A stretch of 64,000 nt of DNA from positions 14,322,001-14,386,000 of the forward strand of contig NC_043010.1 of assembly GCF_006345805.1 (NCBI RefSeq). The letters are read 5' to 3'. The DNA comes from Octopus sinensis (lineage: Eukaryota). The notes under the pieces were generated by a model. It ran no database searches, had not been told where the DNA came from, and worked only from the letters and a program-made list of their open reading frames with translations. Below, one piece after another: positions 11,059 to 22,934 of this stretch. Made by a program: the position numbers and the translations under genes. How positions within the stretch are numbered: the stretch's first letter is position 1; every line of letters starts with the position of its first letter.

Positions 11059-12273
11059 CAAATAAGAAAATGGAGAAACAAATTCATTTCGAGATAAATT
11101 TGTTCCTCCATTTTCTTATTTGTATTATGAACTTACAGTAAAAATATTTTTCACCTTCACCCATTCAATACAATAAATGAATTAATTGCATTGCAATTAA
11201 AAGCATTTATGTATTTAGTATTTGGGTACTTTACCAGCAGTATATTGGATAACTGATATCCCATAGTGGGTTACTTTCATAACCCCTATCTTACTTTGTG
11301 TGTGTGTGTGTGTATGTATATATATATATATGATGATAGTATTATAGCTAAGAAAAAATTTGAAACAAAACTTACTCTAATTATGAAATGGGAATATTTT
11401 TCCGGTGATTAAATCATACTTCTGGGTTGGTCAAGAGAAATATATTAATCTACTTAGCGTTTAATCCGGCATCAATTGATTCCCAGTCTTGTGCATGTCA
11501 AGAGCAAACAGTTGTAGATATTAAGATGTAATAAATAGATTATAATCTAAGTTGATTGCCACTAATATTCTCTTGCACAACTTTCATATGATAGGTTTTA
11601 AGATGGACTGTTTTTTATTAAACGAAGAATAATCATTAGAGATGAGCAGAAGGTAAAGAAATGGCAGTACCAGAGGTATTGGACCATCAGCTGATTAGAT
11701 TGGCTCGTGACATTTGACATCTCGTGTGTAAAGTTTTTTTTTTAATTTGGCAGGGAGAAATAAAATCTGTTTTAACTTAGAGAGATTCAACTGGAATTAA
11801 GTAGTGTTAATCATTAACAATTTATTTACCTGGAACGAGATATAAATAGAATGTAATGGATCCTTCTTTGTTGATGTTACATTACTAATGCTTTTTTATT
11901 AATGAAAATGCTGCTACCAGTTTGTGGATAGTAAGTTCAAAACCGTTGCTCTAAATAATGTCCTTAATTCTATGTATCTCACCTATCTTGGCTGTGCATC
12001 AGTAGGGTGAAATTATCAGATCTCCTGGGAGGGCTATCTGTATAAGACCGGAGTCCACAAAGATATGTCTTATCTATCTAATGCGATTAGATTGGAACTA
12101 AGCTCAGCTCTTATGTTCCCCTCAGGCATTTGGAGATATAGATTTATGTACAATTTTGGGTTTGCTATGAGATGGTAGTATTTAAAGTACATATACTTAT
12201 GGTTGGTATTTAGAATCTGCACCATGCATGTATCCGTGTTTAGTATTTGAATAGTATATTGCACGTGTCCACA

Positions 12274-12697
12274 GTTCATTGAGAAATTGCACTACATGTG
12301 TCCAACTTAATGTATAGAAACTTACTCTAGACACATGTTTATGATTGGTGTATAAAAATTGTGCTATACATACATGTTCATAGTTTCTTTATAGAAACTA
12401 CAGTGTGTTTATGGTTAGAACTGAGAAACTACACATGTGGCCATATTTGATATTTAGAAATTTCACTACATGTTGTGTATCCCCTGGTTCATTGAGAAAT
12501 TACTCTACATGTGTCCATACTTAATGTATAGAAATTTACTCTAGACATGTGTTTATGATTGGTGTATAAAAATTGTGCTATACATACATGTTCATAGTTT
12601 CTTTATAGAAACTACAGTGTGTTTATGGTTTGAACTGAGAAACTACACATGTGGCCATATTTGATACTTAGAAATTTCACTACATGTTGTGTAGCCC
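12274..12697. repeat. Tandem duplication of a ~213-bp unit with internal ~30-bp subrepeats
   Basis: GTTCATTGAGAAATT...TTCACTACATGTTGTGTA occurs at ~12274 and ~12487, nearly identical. Confidence 0.85.
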
Positions 12698-14009
12698 CAT
12701 ATTAGCTCTGATTGTCCAAAGTTACAGCATGCAGTCAGTTGAATGGTTAGGTGTGATACCACTTTTTCCTTTTTTGTAGTTATACGATGTTTCCATGAAG
12801 CTCGGGCCTAACTGTGTTCTCCAACTGCACTGATTCATTAGTAAGGTGTGCAGTGTAACAATCTTGGTATCTTAGCACACTCTCCTGTTTATTTTTCTGT
12901 AAACCATAGATTCTGGTGTTGAGCCTTGTGGAAGCAGGAAAGCAAGGTGGACTCGGGGTGCAACAGCTGCTGTTTCTCTGCACTTATCAGTGGCAGTGTG
13001 CATCCTGGTACAGTATTTGGATTAATGAGTGTATTGATGTTGCAGCTATTTCTGCATATTCTTTTTGCATTTGCCTGAAACTGAGCGAAAGGGAGTTGTA
13101 AACTACACGCTTTCACTAGTCAGTTAAGGTGAGACAGTGTCACATGACAACTTGCTAGGGCTGCCTGCTGGAGCCTAGCGGCAGGTATTTAAAGGGAAAA
13201 ATTTGACAAGTCAGTCAGTCAGTCACCGGCTGACACTCGCTGACGATACATCGAAGAGGCCAGGGAACAGAAGAAAGAAGACATGCACCCAACACCAGAG
13301 CTGAAGACACCTCCAAAAGGGGGAGCCCTGCCACGTCAAAACGGTAGAGGAGTAGGGGCCGAAACCGGACGTGGTTCCTCCTGATGATGTCTTGAGCTAA
13401 CTGGATCCTATAAAGGAGCTGTTGTGGTAGCAGACCACGAAACAGAAACACGGTTGTAATTCCTCAAGGTGTTTGTGTTTGGAAGTGATTTAAAAAAAAA
13501 AAAAATATTTTCAGATAGCGGATGGGACTGGTAACAAACCAATAATCCCTCCATATGCAGGCAGTCTTTCATTTTTACTGTCTTTTTGTTTTTTTTATGT
13601 AGTCTGTGGGTGGTTAGCCGTGTGAAATTTTTAATTGTGACTACTTCATTGTATTGTACTTTGCAGTTTATTGTTGAGGAATTAGTAGTCCAGACAGGAC
13701 TGACATAGTCTGTGATGGCTCAAATGTATTATTTATATACTATTGTTGTTGTTTCTTTGTTGGCAAAATACGGTATCTGTGAGTGCTCTAAGTATGTTTG
13801 TATGTTGTCACTGTTGTGGCGGTATATATATATAATTCTTTGTATTTTTATCCTATGTTTGTGGTATATTGTGTGTGATGGTTGGACGTAGTTAATGTTT
13901 TCTAACGTTGTTAGTATGAGTGTATATTTTGTGGGTGCTATTTCACATCTCTAGTGAAGGGGCCATGTTTCTTGAAAAGATTGAAAAGAGGGTTGGATTA
14001 CTTGTGAAG

Positions 14010-14427
14010 CTGTTTAATATTCAGTTTTGGATGCTGGTAGCGCAGGGCCTGGAATTTTTCAGCATTAAACTGCATTTTATTATCCTCAGCCCATCTGTAG
14101 ATTGAGTCCAACTCCTGCTACAGGTGTGCAACATCGCTGGGGTTCTGTATTTTCTGCGAGACTTTTGTATCGTCTGCATAGCTTGCCAGAGTGGCTATCC
14201 GGGCATTTGAGGGCATATCTGAGAGGGCCACTATAAAAAGCAGTGGTCCCAAGATAGTGCCCTGTGGAACACCGCTCACTATTTGTGTGTTCATAGAGGT
14301 GGCTCCATTAACCACTACTGCCTGACTCCTATCTTTCAGGAAGTCATGTAACCGCACTCCAAGTTTTCCAGCTATGCTGAGGTCACGCAGTTTGTGGCAT
14401 ATCATACCATGATCCACCTTGTCTGGA
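14010..14427 (-). mobile_element. CR1-clade LINE reverse-transcriptase fragment (disrupted)
   Basis: KVDHG...SGVPQGTILGPLLF...SYADDTKV, a stop codon, then QELDSIYRWAEDNKMQFNAEKFQAL in the same frame. Confidence 0.9.
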
Positions 14428-14444
14428 GAATACTTGTAGGATGT

Positions 14445-14575
14445 GAGTGTGATATCATCTGTGTATGAGGCTGTATGTTTTGTAGTGAGGGAAGAACGTG
14501 TAGGTAAATATTGAAAATGGTGGGTGATAGGACAAATCCTTGTGGCACTCCATTTTGCATGATGACAAGGTGGAC
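14445..14575 (-). mobile_element. Second, different non-LTR RT fragment
   Basis: Translates NGVPQGFVLSPTIFNIYL and, after a frameshift, SYTDDITLTS (YADD-like). Confidence 0.7.
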
Positions 14576-14689
14576 TTCAGTATGTGATGGATGGCAGCAT
14601 AGCGGCAGTTTGGAAGAATGAAGGGAAGAGTTGCTGCTCCTCTGCTCACTTGTAGCTGGTGTTGCTTACACTGCTGCTGCATAGTAGCA

Positions 14690-14835
14690 ACTGATGCCGA
14701 TGAGGGGTTGGCATTAGGAAGGGCATCCGGCTGTAAAAACCATGACAAATCAGAGTGAATTCTGGTGCAGCCCCTCAGCTTGCCAGCCCTGGTCAAACCA
14801 TCCAACCCATGCCAGCAATGGACAATGGATGTTAA
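14690..14835 (+). mobile_element. Family D SINE 3' fragment
   Basis: GTTGGCATTAGGAAGGGCATCC...CCAACCCATGCCAGCA. Confidence 0.7.
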
Positions 14836-15303
14836 ATAAGTAGTTTGCCAGGTAATATGTTGTATTGTCGTATAGCCCTTGGTCAGCATTGCAACTGTGA
14901 GCAGACCCCTCTTTTTGTAGTCAGGGTCTGCTATGCTGTCCAGTTTGATCCATCTTTAAAACAGTTGGAGTGTTGTTTGAGGGAGATTTGGCTGCTATTT
15001 TCAGCATGTTGAATGACTCGAGCATTTTGTGATTCTCAAGGTGGGCTTGAGTATTTTGTTTCGGTTGATAGTAGAAGAGTTAAGAATAGGTGGAGTGGCA
15101 TGCAGTGGATGTTTCTGCAGTTAAAGCTGTCATGTATTTCAGTTAGGTTGAGTGCAATCGTGTCATCCCACGTTGTGAGTTGGAGTCAGTGATCTGAGGG
15201 TTAGAAATGTCAAAGATGAGACTTTCTAGAATTTTTGGCGGGGTATCTAGGAGGACAATGGATTTGTATAAGTTTTCGTTGACATTTAGAATTATTTTCC
15301 CAA

Positions 15304-15640
15304 CTTCCAGATGTTTGGAATTTGACAGGGTCGATATATTTTGTTTAGTCCCCGGTCAGCCCCAAGGGATTCTATGCCCATCTTGTTTTTTTTTTCAAAT
15401 ATAAAGGCTAAGGTCTGAGATGCTTGGAATTTGATGGGGTTAATGTTTTGTTTAGCCCCAGGTCAGCCCTAAGGCATTCCAACTATGTCAATCTTGTATT
15501 TTTCAAATATAAGGCTAAGGTCTCAGATGCTTGGAATTTGACAGGGTTAATGTTTTGTTTAGCCCCAGGTCAGCCCTAAGGCATTCCAACTATGTCAATC
15601 TTGTCTTTTTTAAATATAGGGCTAAAGTCTACATTATCCT
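15304..15640 (+). repeat. Three tandem ~108-bp units derived from a SINE-tail-like sequence
   Basis: TTGGAATTTGA...TTTAGCCCCAGGTCAGCCC...GGCTAAGGTCT repeated 3 times; related motifs at ~7100 and ~8325. Confidence 0.8.
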
Positions 15641-15745
15641 TTTTTTTTTCCTTTTGAAGTTAGGGTATATTTTGAAGAGATATTGGTGGAATTTCTAATA
15701 TATAAAGGCACATTTGTTACAAAATGGTAGTGTCATGGTTTAAGC

Positions 15746-15931
15746 CAGTGGAGGTCCACAAAATTTTCTTGCTAAAATTTGTGCAATAAACTAGTCATAC
15801 TTCTACAATACACAAAATATTAAAATTTTTTTTAAAATAGAATTCCTAATAATATTTAATTGCAAAAGTATATGATTTCTTAAATAGGAATCAAAGGGGA
15901 TCCATAGGTAAAAAATGGTTGAGAACTGCTG
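15746..15931. mobile_element. Degenerate hAT-like MITE (CAGTG...CTG termini)
   Basis: CAGTGG start, GGTTGAGAACTGCTG end, imperfect flanks GTTTAAGC/GCCTAAGC. Confidence 0.45.
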
Positions 15932-16775
15932 GCCTAAGCAAAACAATTGTATTTACCTTTTAGTGTTCTTGTTATTTTGTGTAGTTTTTAATTGGCTAAT
16001 TGAGAAATATGTAATAAATGCACTTGTTTGGGTGGATTGAGGTTTATCTTGTATTCTGGCATGAGGTGGTGATGGTGTTTTTGATGTTGCTAATTACTTC
16101 AAATACTGTTTTTTTACCGTTTGTTTTGTGATTTCTGTTCTATTGGATATGACTGTTTGCCAGTTTTTTTTACCCCTTAGTTATTTCCTTGTTTGATGCA
16201 GATTTCTGAGTTTATTTCTGTGGTTCAGGCATACTGTATTTGAGGCTGTCTTTGATTTTTTATGAGGTTTGCTTTTTCGGATGTGTAGTTAGGGTCTGTG
16301 ACGCACACAGCTGTGTGGTTGAGAAAATTGTTTCCTAGGTATGTGGTCTTGGGTTCAGTCCTACTCTGGGGAAAAGCGACTTCCACTATAGCCCCGGGCT
16401 GACCAAAGCCTTGTGAGTGGATTTGGTAGATGGGAACTGAAGGGAGTTCCAAAAATGTGTGTGTACCCTTATCTTGGTGGTTGTAAATGAGCAACCCCTC
16501 ATCATATAAGTAAGGTTATTCATTTCCAGCTTTCCATGAAGCTTTGTGAAAATATTACCTTTGCTTGGAAATGGGTGAGTGTTGGTCACAGAGCATTCTG
16601 TGACAGATCTGTCTCAACAAATTCTGACTCATGTAAGCACAGAAAAGTGAATGGTAAAAGATATGTATGAATAAACACTACACATGTTTATGGTTGCTAT
16701 TTAGGAACCACACTATGAATTAAATTGCAGCTTTTTTTTGTTTGTTAATTATTTAAATTAAGTTTTTAAAGTATA

Positions 16776-17163
16776 GGCGCAGGAGTGGCTGTGTGGTAAG
16801 TAGTTTGTTTACGAACCACATGGTTCCGGGTTCAGTCCCACTGCGTGGCACCTTGGGCAAGTGTCTTCCACTATAGCCTCGGCCCGACCAAAGCCTTGTG
16901 AGTAGATTTGGTAGACAGAAACTGAAAGAATCCCATCGTATATATGTATATATGTGTGTGTGTCTGTGTTTGTCCCCCCAACATCGCTTGACAACCGATG
17001 CTGGTGTGTTTATGTCCCCATAACATAGCAATTCGGCAAAAGACTGATAGAATAAGTACTAGGCTTACAAAGAATAAGTCCTTGGGTCGATTTGCTCGAC
17101 TAAAGGCGGTGCTCCAGCATGGCCACAGTCAAATGACAAACGGGTAAAAGAGTAAAGAGTAAA
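16776..17163 (+). mobile_element. Family A SINE, full length
   Basis: GGCGCAGGAGTGGCTGTGTGG...GTAAAAGAGTAAAGAG. Confidence 0.9.
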
Positions 17164-17252
17164 GCTTTTCTGCAGTTTATTTTAGGGCCCATACTGGAGT
17201 AAGCGGAATTGTAATAGAAGTGGCTATTTTAATGTTATAGCTAAAGTTTCAT

Positions 17253-17501
17253 CAGTGGTCTCAATCGTTTTTTTGCCTGTGGATACCTTTGGTTCTTAAT
17301 TTACTCAGGTGGATCCCCATAGCCATGCGATGTTTGAAAAAATCTTAAATTTTTGTGATGAGACATTAACCGTCCCCCGCCCCCCCCCAATAAAGCTTTT
17401 TGTGTACTGTACAAAGTATGAGCAATTTATTGCACATAAATTCTAACAAGCTCTCAAATGAATTCTCCAAGGGTCATTTGAACCCTGGCTGAGAACTATT
17501 G
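17253..17501. mobile_element. Degenerate hAT-like MITE
   Basis: CAGTGGTCTCAA ... TGAGAACTATTG terminal inverted similarity. Confidence 0.45.
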
Positions 17502-17717
17502 TTCTACATGGAGAAAGAAGAAAGTGAGAGAAAGAAGAGCTTATCTTCATTCTCTGCACTTAGAACTTTGTAATAAGGATATCTTTCATAAGAAAGTTAC
17601 TTGTGAGGGTCTCCTTGGTGTTTGTAAATACCTGTCTTGGATATTTTGTGACATTTAATTTGTTTTTTTGTTTTTCCTTCAGAAATATTAAAAAAAAAAT
17701 TTTTTGGATTAGGGCTT

Positions 17718-17880
17718 ACTCGCAATACCAGAGGGCGCACACTCTCCTACCCTGATGTAATCTCCAGGGATACAGGCATCCAGCATCAGGACCTCCGTAA
17801 TGCCATGATGGACCGTGAAGTCTGGCGTAGCATGGTAAATTCCATTGTCTCGACCACGGTCAAACAATGATGATGATGAT
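17718..17880 (+). mobile_element. RTE-clade LINE 3' end
   Basis: Encodes TRGRTLSYPDVISRDTGIQHQDLRNAMMDREVWRSMVNSIVSTTV, followed by (GAT)n. Confidence 0.85.
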
Positions 17881-18772
17881 CTCTTCTGTTCTCCATCTTA
17901 CTATAATTACTATGACTTAGATGCCTTAATTAGTAAAATGCAGAGCAGAACTACCTTTGTGTTTATGTTGATGTTTAGCCCCCAGATGACTTTGAAGCAG
18001 TATGCCTGTGACAATATATATCCATCATTTCTATCCTGTTTTATATTCAGACTACACGTCTCCTTTATAAATATAGTAAGGTATGATCTTGGAGTTTTGA
18101 CTACTATTTCAAGCTGTCAAGTGACCACAGTGTGGCACAAGGTTCCTTTGTTGTTAAGCCCCGTGCAAGTTTCGAGTGAGTAAACCTACCATCAAAAGCA
18201 TGGACTCTTACACCTTATATTTTGACATTATCTGTCCAGGGCCACATTATGCCATGAGTTCTTCTACGATGGCAGTGTGATTTGAAGAACATTTGACTAC
18301 TTTTTCTTGGAGATTCAGTGACTGTATGGACTATATATTTGTCAAGATCATCATTATCAGTCCTGTTGGGCACCTGTATAACAGTAAGAGATGTCAATAG
18401 ATGGCTTTTATCTTTTATTTTCCATAGAGATAATTAGGCACAGAAAGGGAAAATCTTCAGATTTTTGTAATAATTATTTATAGAAATTGACAATAGGTTG
18501 GGTTGCATGCTTCTCGCTTTTGGCTTCCATATCCACTGGATGGGTATGGATGGAGGTCTCAGGTAAGAGTGTATCCTTACCACAGAGGCTGCCTCTTCGT
18601 CTCTCCCTCTTTTTCTTTCTGTATACAAGTGTATGTATGTGTACACGTGTGTGTATGCATGCGTGTGTGTGTATGTGTGCGTGTGTATACAGACGTGTGT
18701 GCGTGAGTGTGTATACATGTGTGCATATGGATATATGTGTGCGTGTTACATTCTGACAGACATATCTATCTA

Positions 18773-18820
<48 letters not shown>

Positions 18821-19211
18821 ATTTACAAAACTGACAGAATTCCTGACAGGATTAAAATAAATGAAAAAAAGCAGAAACCTATTCCCACTAATTACGCCTC
18901 GTCCTCCCACCACTACCACCATCATCACCACCTCCTCCTCCTCCTTCCTCACTCACCTTACCTGTGCAGTCGCTGATACTTCTTCCATACACGTGACACT
19001 TAAACTCACGGCAAAACTGCCTTGAATGATATTTTCTCTGAAACCGAGCAACACTCACAGGCGGCCAACCTGTTGTTCTAGTTCTTTCCATTGTCTTACT
19101 ATCTATTTTTTCCCCTCCGACTTTAAATAATGCACCCACAAACAACCGACTAAAACAGTTAAATTATTTTTTTCACGCACATTTGTCTTTTTATTTTTTT
19201 TCTCTTACATT

Positions 19212-19248
<37 letters not shown>

Positions 19249-19394
19249 ATAAACCACCCACGTAGAATTCACACTTTTGGTCTTAGATTTATACCCTTTA
19301 CACGCGTATATCTATCTTATGTATTTACACGGTATTGTTTTTTCTTAATTTGGAATGTAATAATTTGGAATGTATTTTAATCGCATTGTTTTAT

Positions 19395-19715
19395 GTGTAT
19401 ATATGTATAGGCGCCTGTATATATATATTCACACACACTCACATATATATCGTATATATATATATATATATATACATGGCATATATATATATATATATAT
19501 ACAAACATATATACACACACATATATACATGGCATATATATATACATATATACAAACATATATACACACACACACATATATATCGTATATATATATATAC
19601 ATGGCATATATATACACACGCATATATATATATATGGCATATATATATACATGCATATATATACATACATATATACATACATATATATACACATACACAC
19701 ATATATCGTATATAC
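19395..19715. repeat. Compound (TA)/(CA) microsatellite-minisatellite
   Basis: Repeating ATATATACATGGC / ACACACATATATATCGT motifs. Confidence 0.9.
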
Positions 19716-19972
19716 ATACATACAGACTGGGGATTTTTTCCTTGTGTGGTGTGTCCTGTACCTTGTTTTTCTGTTGTAAAAAATGTTTTTCCCGTTTTCG
19801 TTTCGTCTGTTTTTTTGTTGTAAAAATATGGCTTGTCCGTTTTCGTTTTTCGTTGAGTTCTACGTCTAGTTGCGGTGTCCTGTACTCACGTATATATATT
19901 TATATATGCATGTATATATACATGTAGATGTAGGTACGTACATATATGTTTGTATGTATGCATATATTTTAT

Positions 19973-20014
<42 letters not shown>

Positions 20015-20204
20015 TCGTGTGTGTATATATATATGTATATATATAAAGTAGAGCTAGCGGTTGGAATGAACGTCTTAGGGATGAGAATATCCGTTCTTAC
20101 TACGGGTATCATTTATCTTTACCATCCCTGGGTATTGGTATGCAAGCATACTCTGCTGGTAGGGTACAGGTAATAATTGAATAAACAAAAGTTCATCCGG
20201 AATG

Positions 20205-20297
20205 AAATTTAAATAAGCAGAAAATGCCCGACGTAGGTGTCAATTTGCGTGTTTGTCGATAAAGGTATTTTTTCTCGTTTTCTGCTTATTTAAATTT
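20205..20297. repeat. Perfect 20-bp inverted repeat with ~53-bp spacer
   Basis: AAATTTAAATAAGCAGAAAA (20205-20224) and TTTTCTGCTTATTTAAATTT (20278-20297). Confidence 0.85.
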
Positions 20298-20308
20298 ACG
20301 TACATATA

Positions 20309-20475
20309 GAGGGTGCGGCAGAAATACCTCCCACATTTGAAAGGTTGACGAAAGGAAAAAGATACAGCATTTATGGAAAATTAATTTTACTGTTGTTTAA
20401 AGAAAGGGCTACAGTTTTTGTTCATTGGCTAACGTCATAGGCACTTGATGTGAAAGGTATTTCTTCCGCATCCTG
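20309..20475. mobile_element. Tc1/mariner-type MITE
   Basis: TA|GAGGGTGCGGCAGAAATACCTCCCACAT ... ATGTGAAAGGTATTTCTTCCGCATCCTG|TA; imperfect ~28-bp TIR, TA flanks. Confidence 0.65.
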
Positions 20476-20479
20476 TATA

Positions 20480-21185
20480 CTCACTCACACACACACACAC
20501 ATATATATAATGTGTGTGTGTGTGTATATACGTAATGTGCGCGTGTGTCTGTATATACGTATATGTGTGTGTGTGTATATACGTATATGTGCGTGTGTGT
20601 ATATACGTATATCTGCGTGTGTATATACGTACATATCCGTGTGTGTGTGTATATACGTACATATGCGTGTGTGTGTGTGTGTATATACGTACATATGCGC
20701 GTGTGTGTATGTGTATATACGTACATATGCGCGTGTGTGTATATATACGTACATATGCGTGTGTGTGTGTATGTATATATATATATACGTACATGTGTAT
20801 ATACGTACATGTGTGTATATACGTACATATGTGTGTGTGTGTGTATATACGTACATATGCGTGTGTGTGTGTGTATATACGTACATATGCGTGTGTGTGT
20901 GTGTGTATATACGTACATATGCGTGTGTGTGTGTGTGTATATACGTACATATGCGTGTGTGTGTGTGTATATACGTACATATGCGTGTGTGTGTATATAT
21001 ACGTACGTGTGTGTGTGTGTATATATACGTACGTGTGTGTGTGTGTATATATACGTACATGTGTGTGTGTATATATACGTACATGTGTGTGTATGTATAT
21101 ATATATATACGTACATGTGTGTGTGTGTATATATATGTCTGTATATACGCGTGTGTATATACGTACGTGCTTTTGTGTGTGTATA
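20480..21185. repeat. ~700-bp purine-pyrimidine alternating minisatellite (GTGTGTGTATATACGTACATATGC)n
   Basis: Variable 20-30 bp units; the source of six spurious ORFs over 190 aa. Confidence 0.95.
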
Positions 21186-21446
21186 TAGTAAATGAAAGGC
21201 AGAAGATGGAATATACGAGACTTATTAATCACGACATTTATTTCGACATATCTAGCATTGATTCCTTTAGGGTGGGACGCTCTATGACTGGCTCAGGAGC
21301 ATCTGGTAGTGCCGATAAATACACAACTTGTTAAGTTATGCAATGTATTTTTCTCATTTCTTAGTAAGAAAAGCAGCAAAAATGAAGGCAATCTCTTCAT
21401 TTACATAGAAGATCAAAAATAAAATCAGATACAAAAAGTGGCTATA

Positions 21447-21609
21447 GGCGCAGGAGTGGCTGTGTGGTAAGTAGCTTGCTAACCAACCACATAGTTCCGG
21501 GTTCAGTCCCAATGCGTGGCATCTTGGGCAAGTGTCTTCTACTATAGCCTCGGGCCGACCAATGCCTTGTGAGTGGATTTGGTAGACGGAAACTGAAAGA
21601 AGCCTGTCG

Positions 21610-21642
<33 letters not shown>

Positions 21643-21869
21643 ATATATGTGTGTGTTTGTGTGTCTGTGTTTGTCCCCCTAGCATTGCTTGACAACCGAT
21701 GCTGGTGTGTTTATGTCCCCGTAACTTAGCGGTTCGGCAAAAGAGACCGATAGGATAAGTACTGGGCTTACAAAGAATAAGTCCCGGGGTCGATTTGCTC
21801 GACTAAAGGCGGTGCTCCAGCATGGCTGCAGTTAAACGACTGAAACAAGTAAGAGTAAAAAGAGAGAGT
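21447..21869 (+). mobile_element. Family A SINE, full length
   Basis: High similarity to 4683-5098. Confidence 0.9.
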
Positions 21870-22539
21870 ATGCAAGACAGCAAGAAAAGTATTAAAAATA
21901 ACTTAAGAATTATGGATGTATAAATGCCCTTGCATAAGCTGCATGGTTTGTGTACACTCACTCATACAAGCATCTGTGAAAATGTAAGCATACATACGTA
22001 TGTGTGTGGCTTGGTGCACTCATGATCACAAAGCGAGTTAGATATCTTCTTAGTTTTTATAAGAATGGGGCAGTTTAAAAGTAAACTTAATTTATCCATA
22101 CCTCAAAGTAAATTGTTAAATTCATTTCCACTGCATTGTGCGAAAGTACATTTATATGCCTGTAGGCATCTTGAGCGTCTCTTAGAAATTCTATTAACGA
22201 TCTTATTTGTCCACAGAGTAAACAGGGATTCCTCAGTGCAGAGTCGGCATCTCCTGGAAATTATGTTGTATGGTTTCGCCTATCTTAATACGGACCAAGT
22301 TATGCTGTACTTAATTTTTATCCTTCTGTTGCCATACAAAATCAGCCAAAGATGTTGAATGTCTCTTGTCTTAAAGCTGGTGACATGGCTGTGATAATGA
22401 TTCTTAAACAAATCAGCTGTCTGCCCAATGTAAACATATGGGCCTCCCCTTGTGTGCACGATACATTATATACAAGATTTGTACTCGTACAGAGGGTCAT
22501 CAATGGGCACTTAGATTTTTCCCTGCATGAGAATTTATA

Positions 22540-22934
22540 TCTTTATATATAAAAGTGAGGTTGTGTGCTGTCTGTTTCCTACGATTTAGATTCCTAACTA
22601 CTCCCACATTTTGCAGTGCAGTTTAACCAAAACCGGGTATCTTATAGTCGTGATTCATATCGAGCCCTTCTGGGTATTAGCGCGCGTCTACGGTGAGTCT
22701 ACGATTTAAAAAAAAATTTACCATCAATTTTTCCCATTTTTAATGCATTTTTGGCATATATAAGGGAAGTAACTCTCTAAAAATTTATTAAATCTCAGAA
22801 CGTAAAAAGCTACAGTAACACCCCGCCCCTTTGTGGTTAGCCATATTGAGATGGCTATTATACTTTACATCTCTAAAAATGCTTATATAGTTATTTCCCT
22901 TACAAACCCGAGCAACGCCGGGTGATACTGCTAG
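22540..22934 (+). mobile_element. Non-autonomous Helitron
   Basis: A|TC 5' end, subterminal hairpin CCCG-AGCAACGC-CGGG, CTAG|T 3' end, no TSD; three copies in the window. Confidence 0.8.

Noticed and set aside
12780-12983. Penelope RT-like peptide (RIYGLQK similar to LYGLPK)
   Set aside because: Only a 5-residue resemblance with no downstream motifs; needs a profile search.
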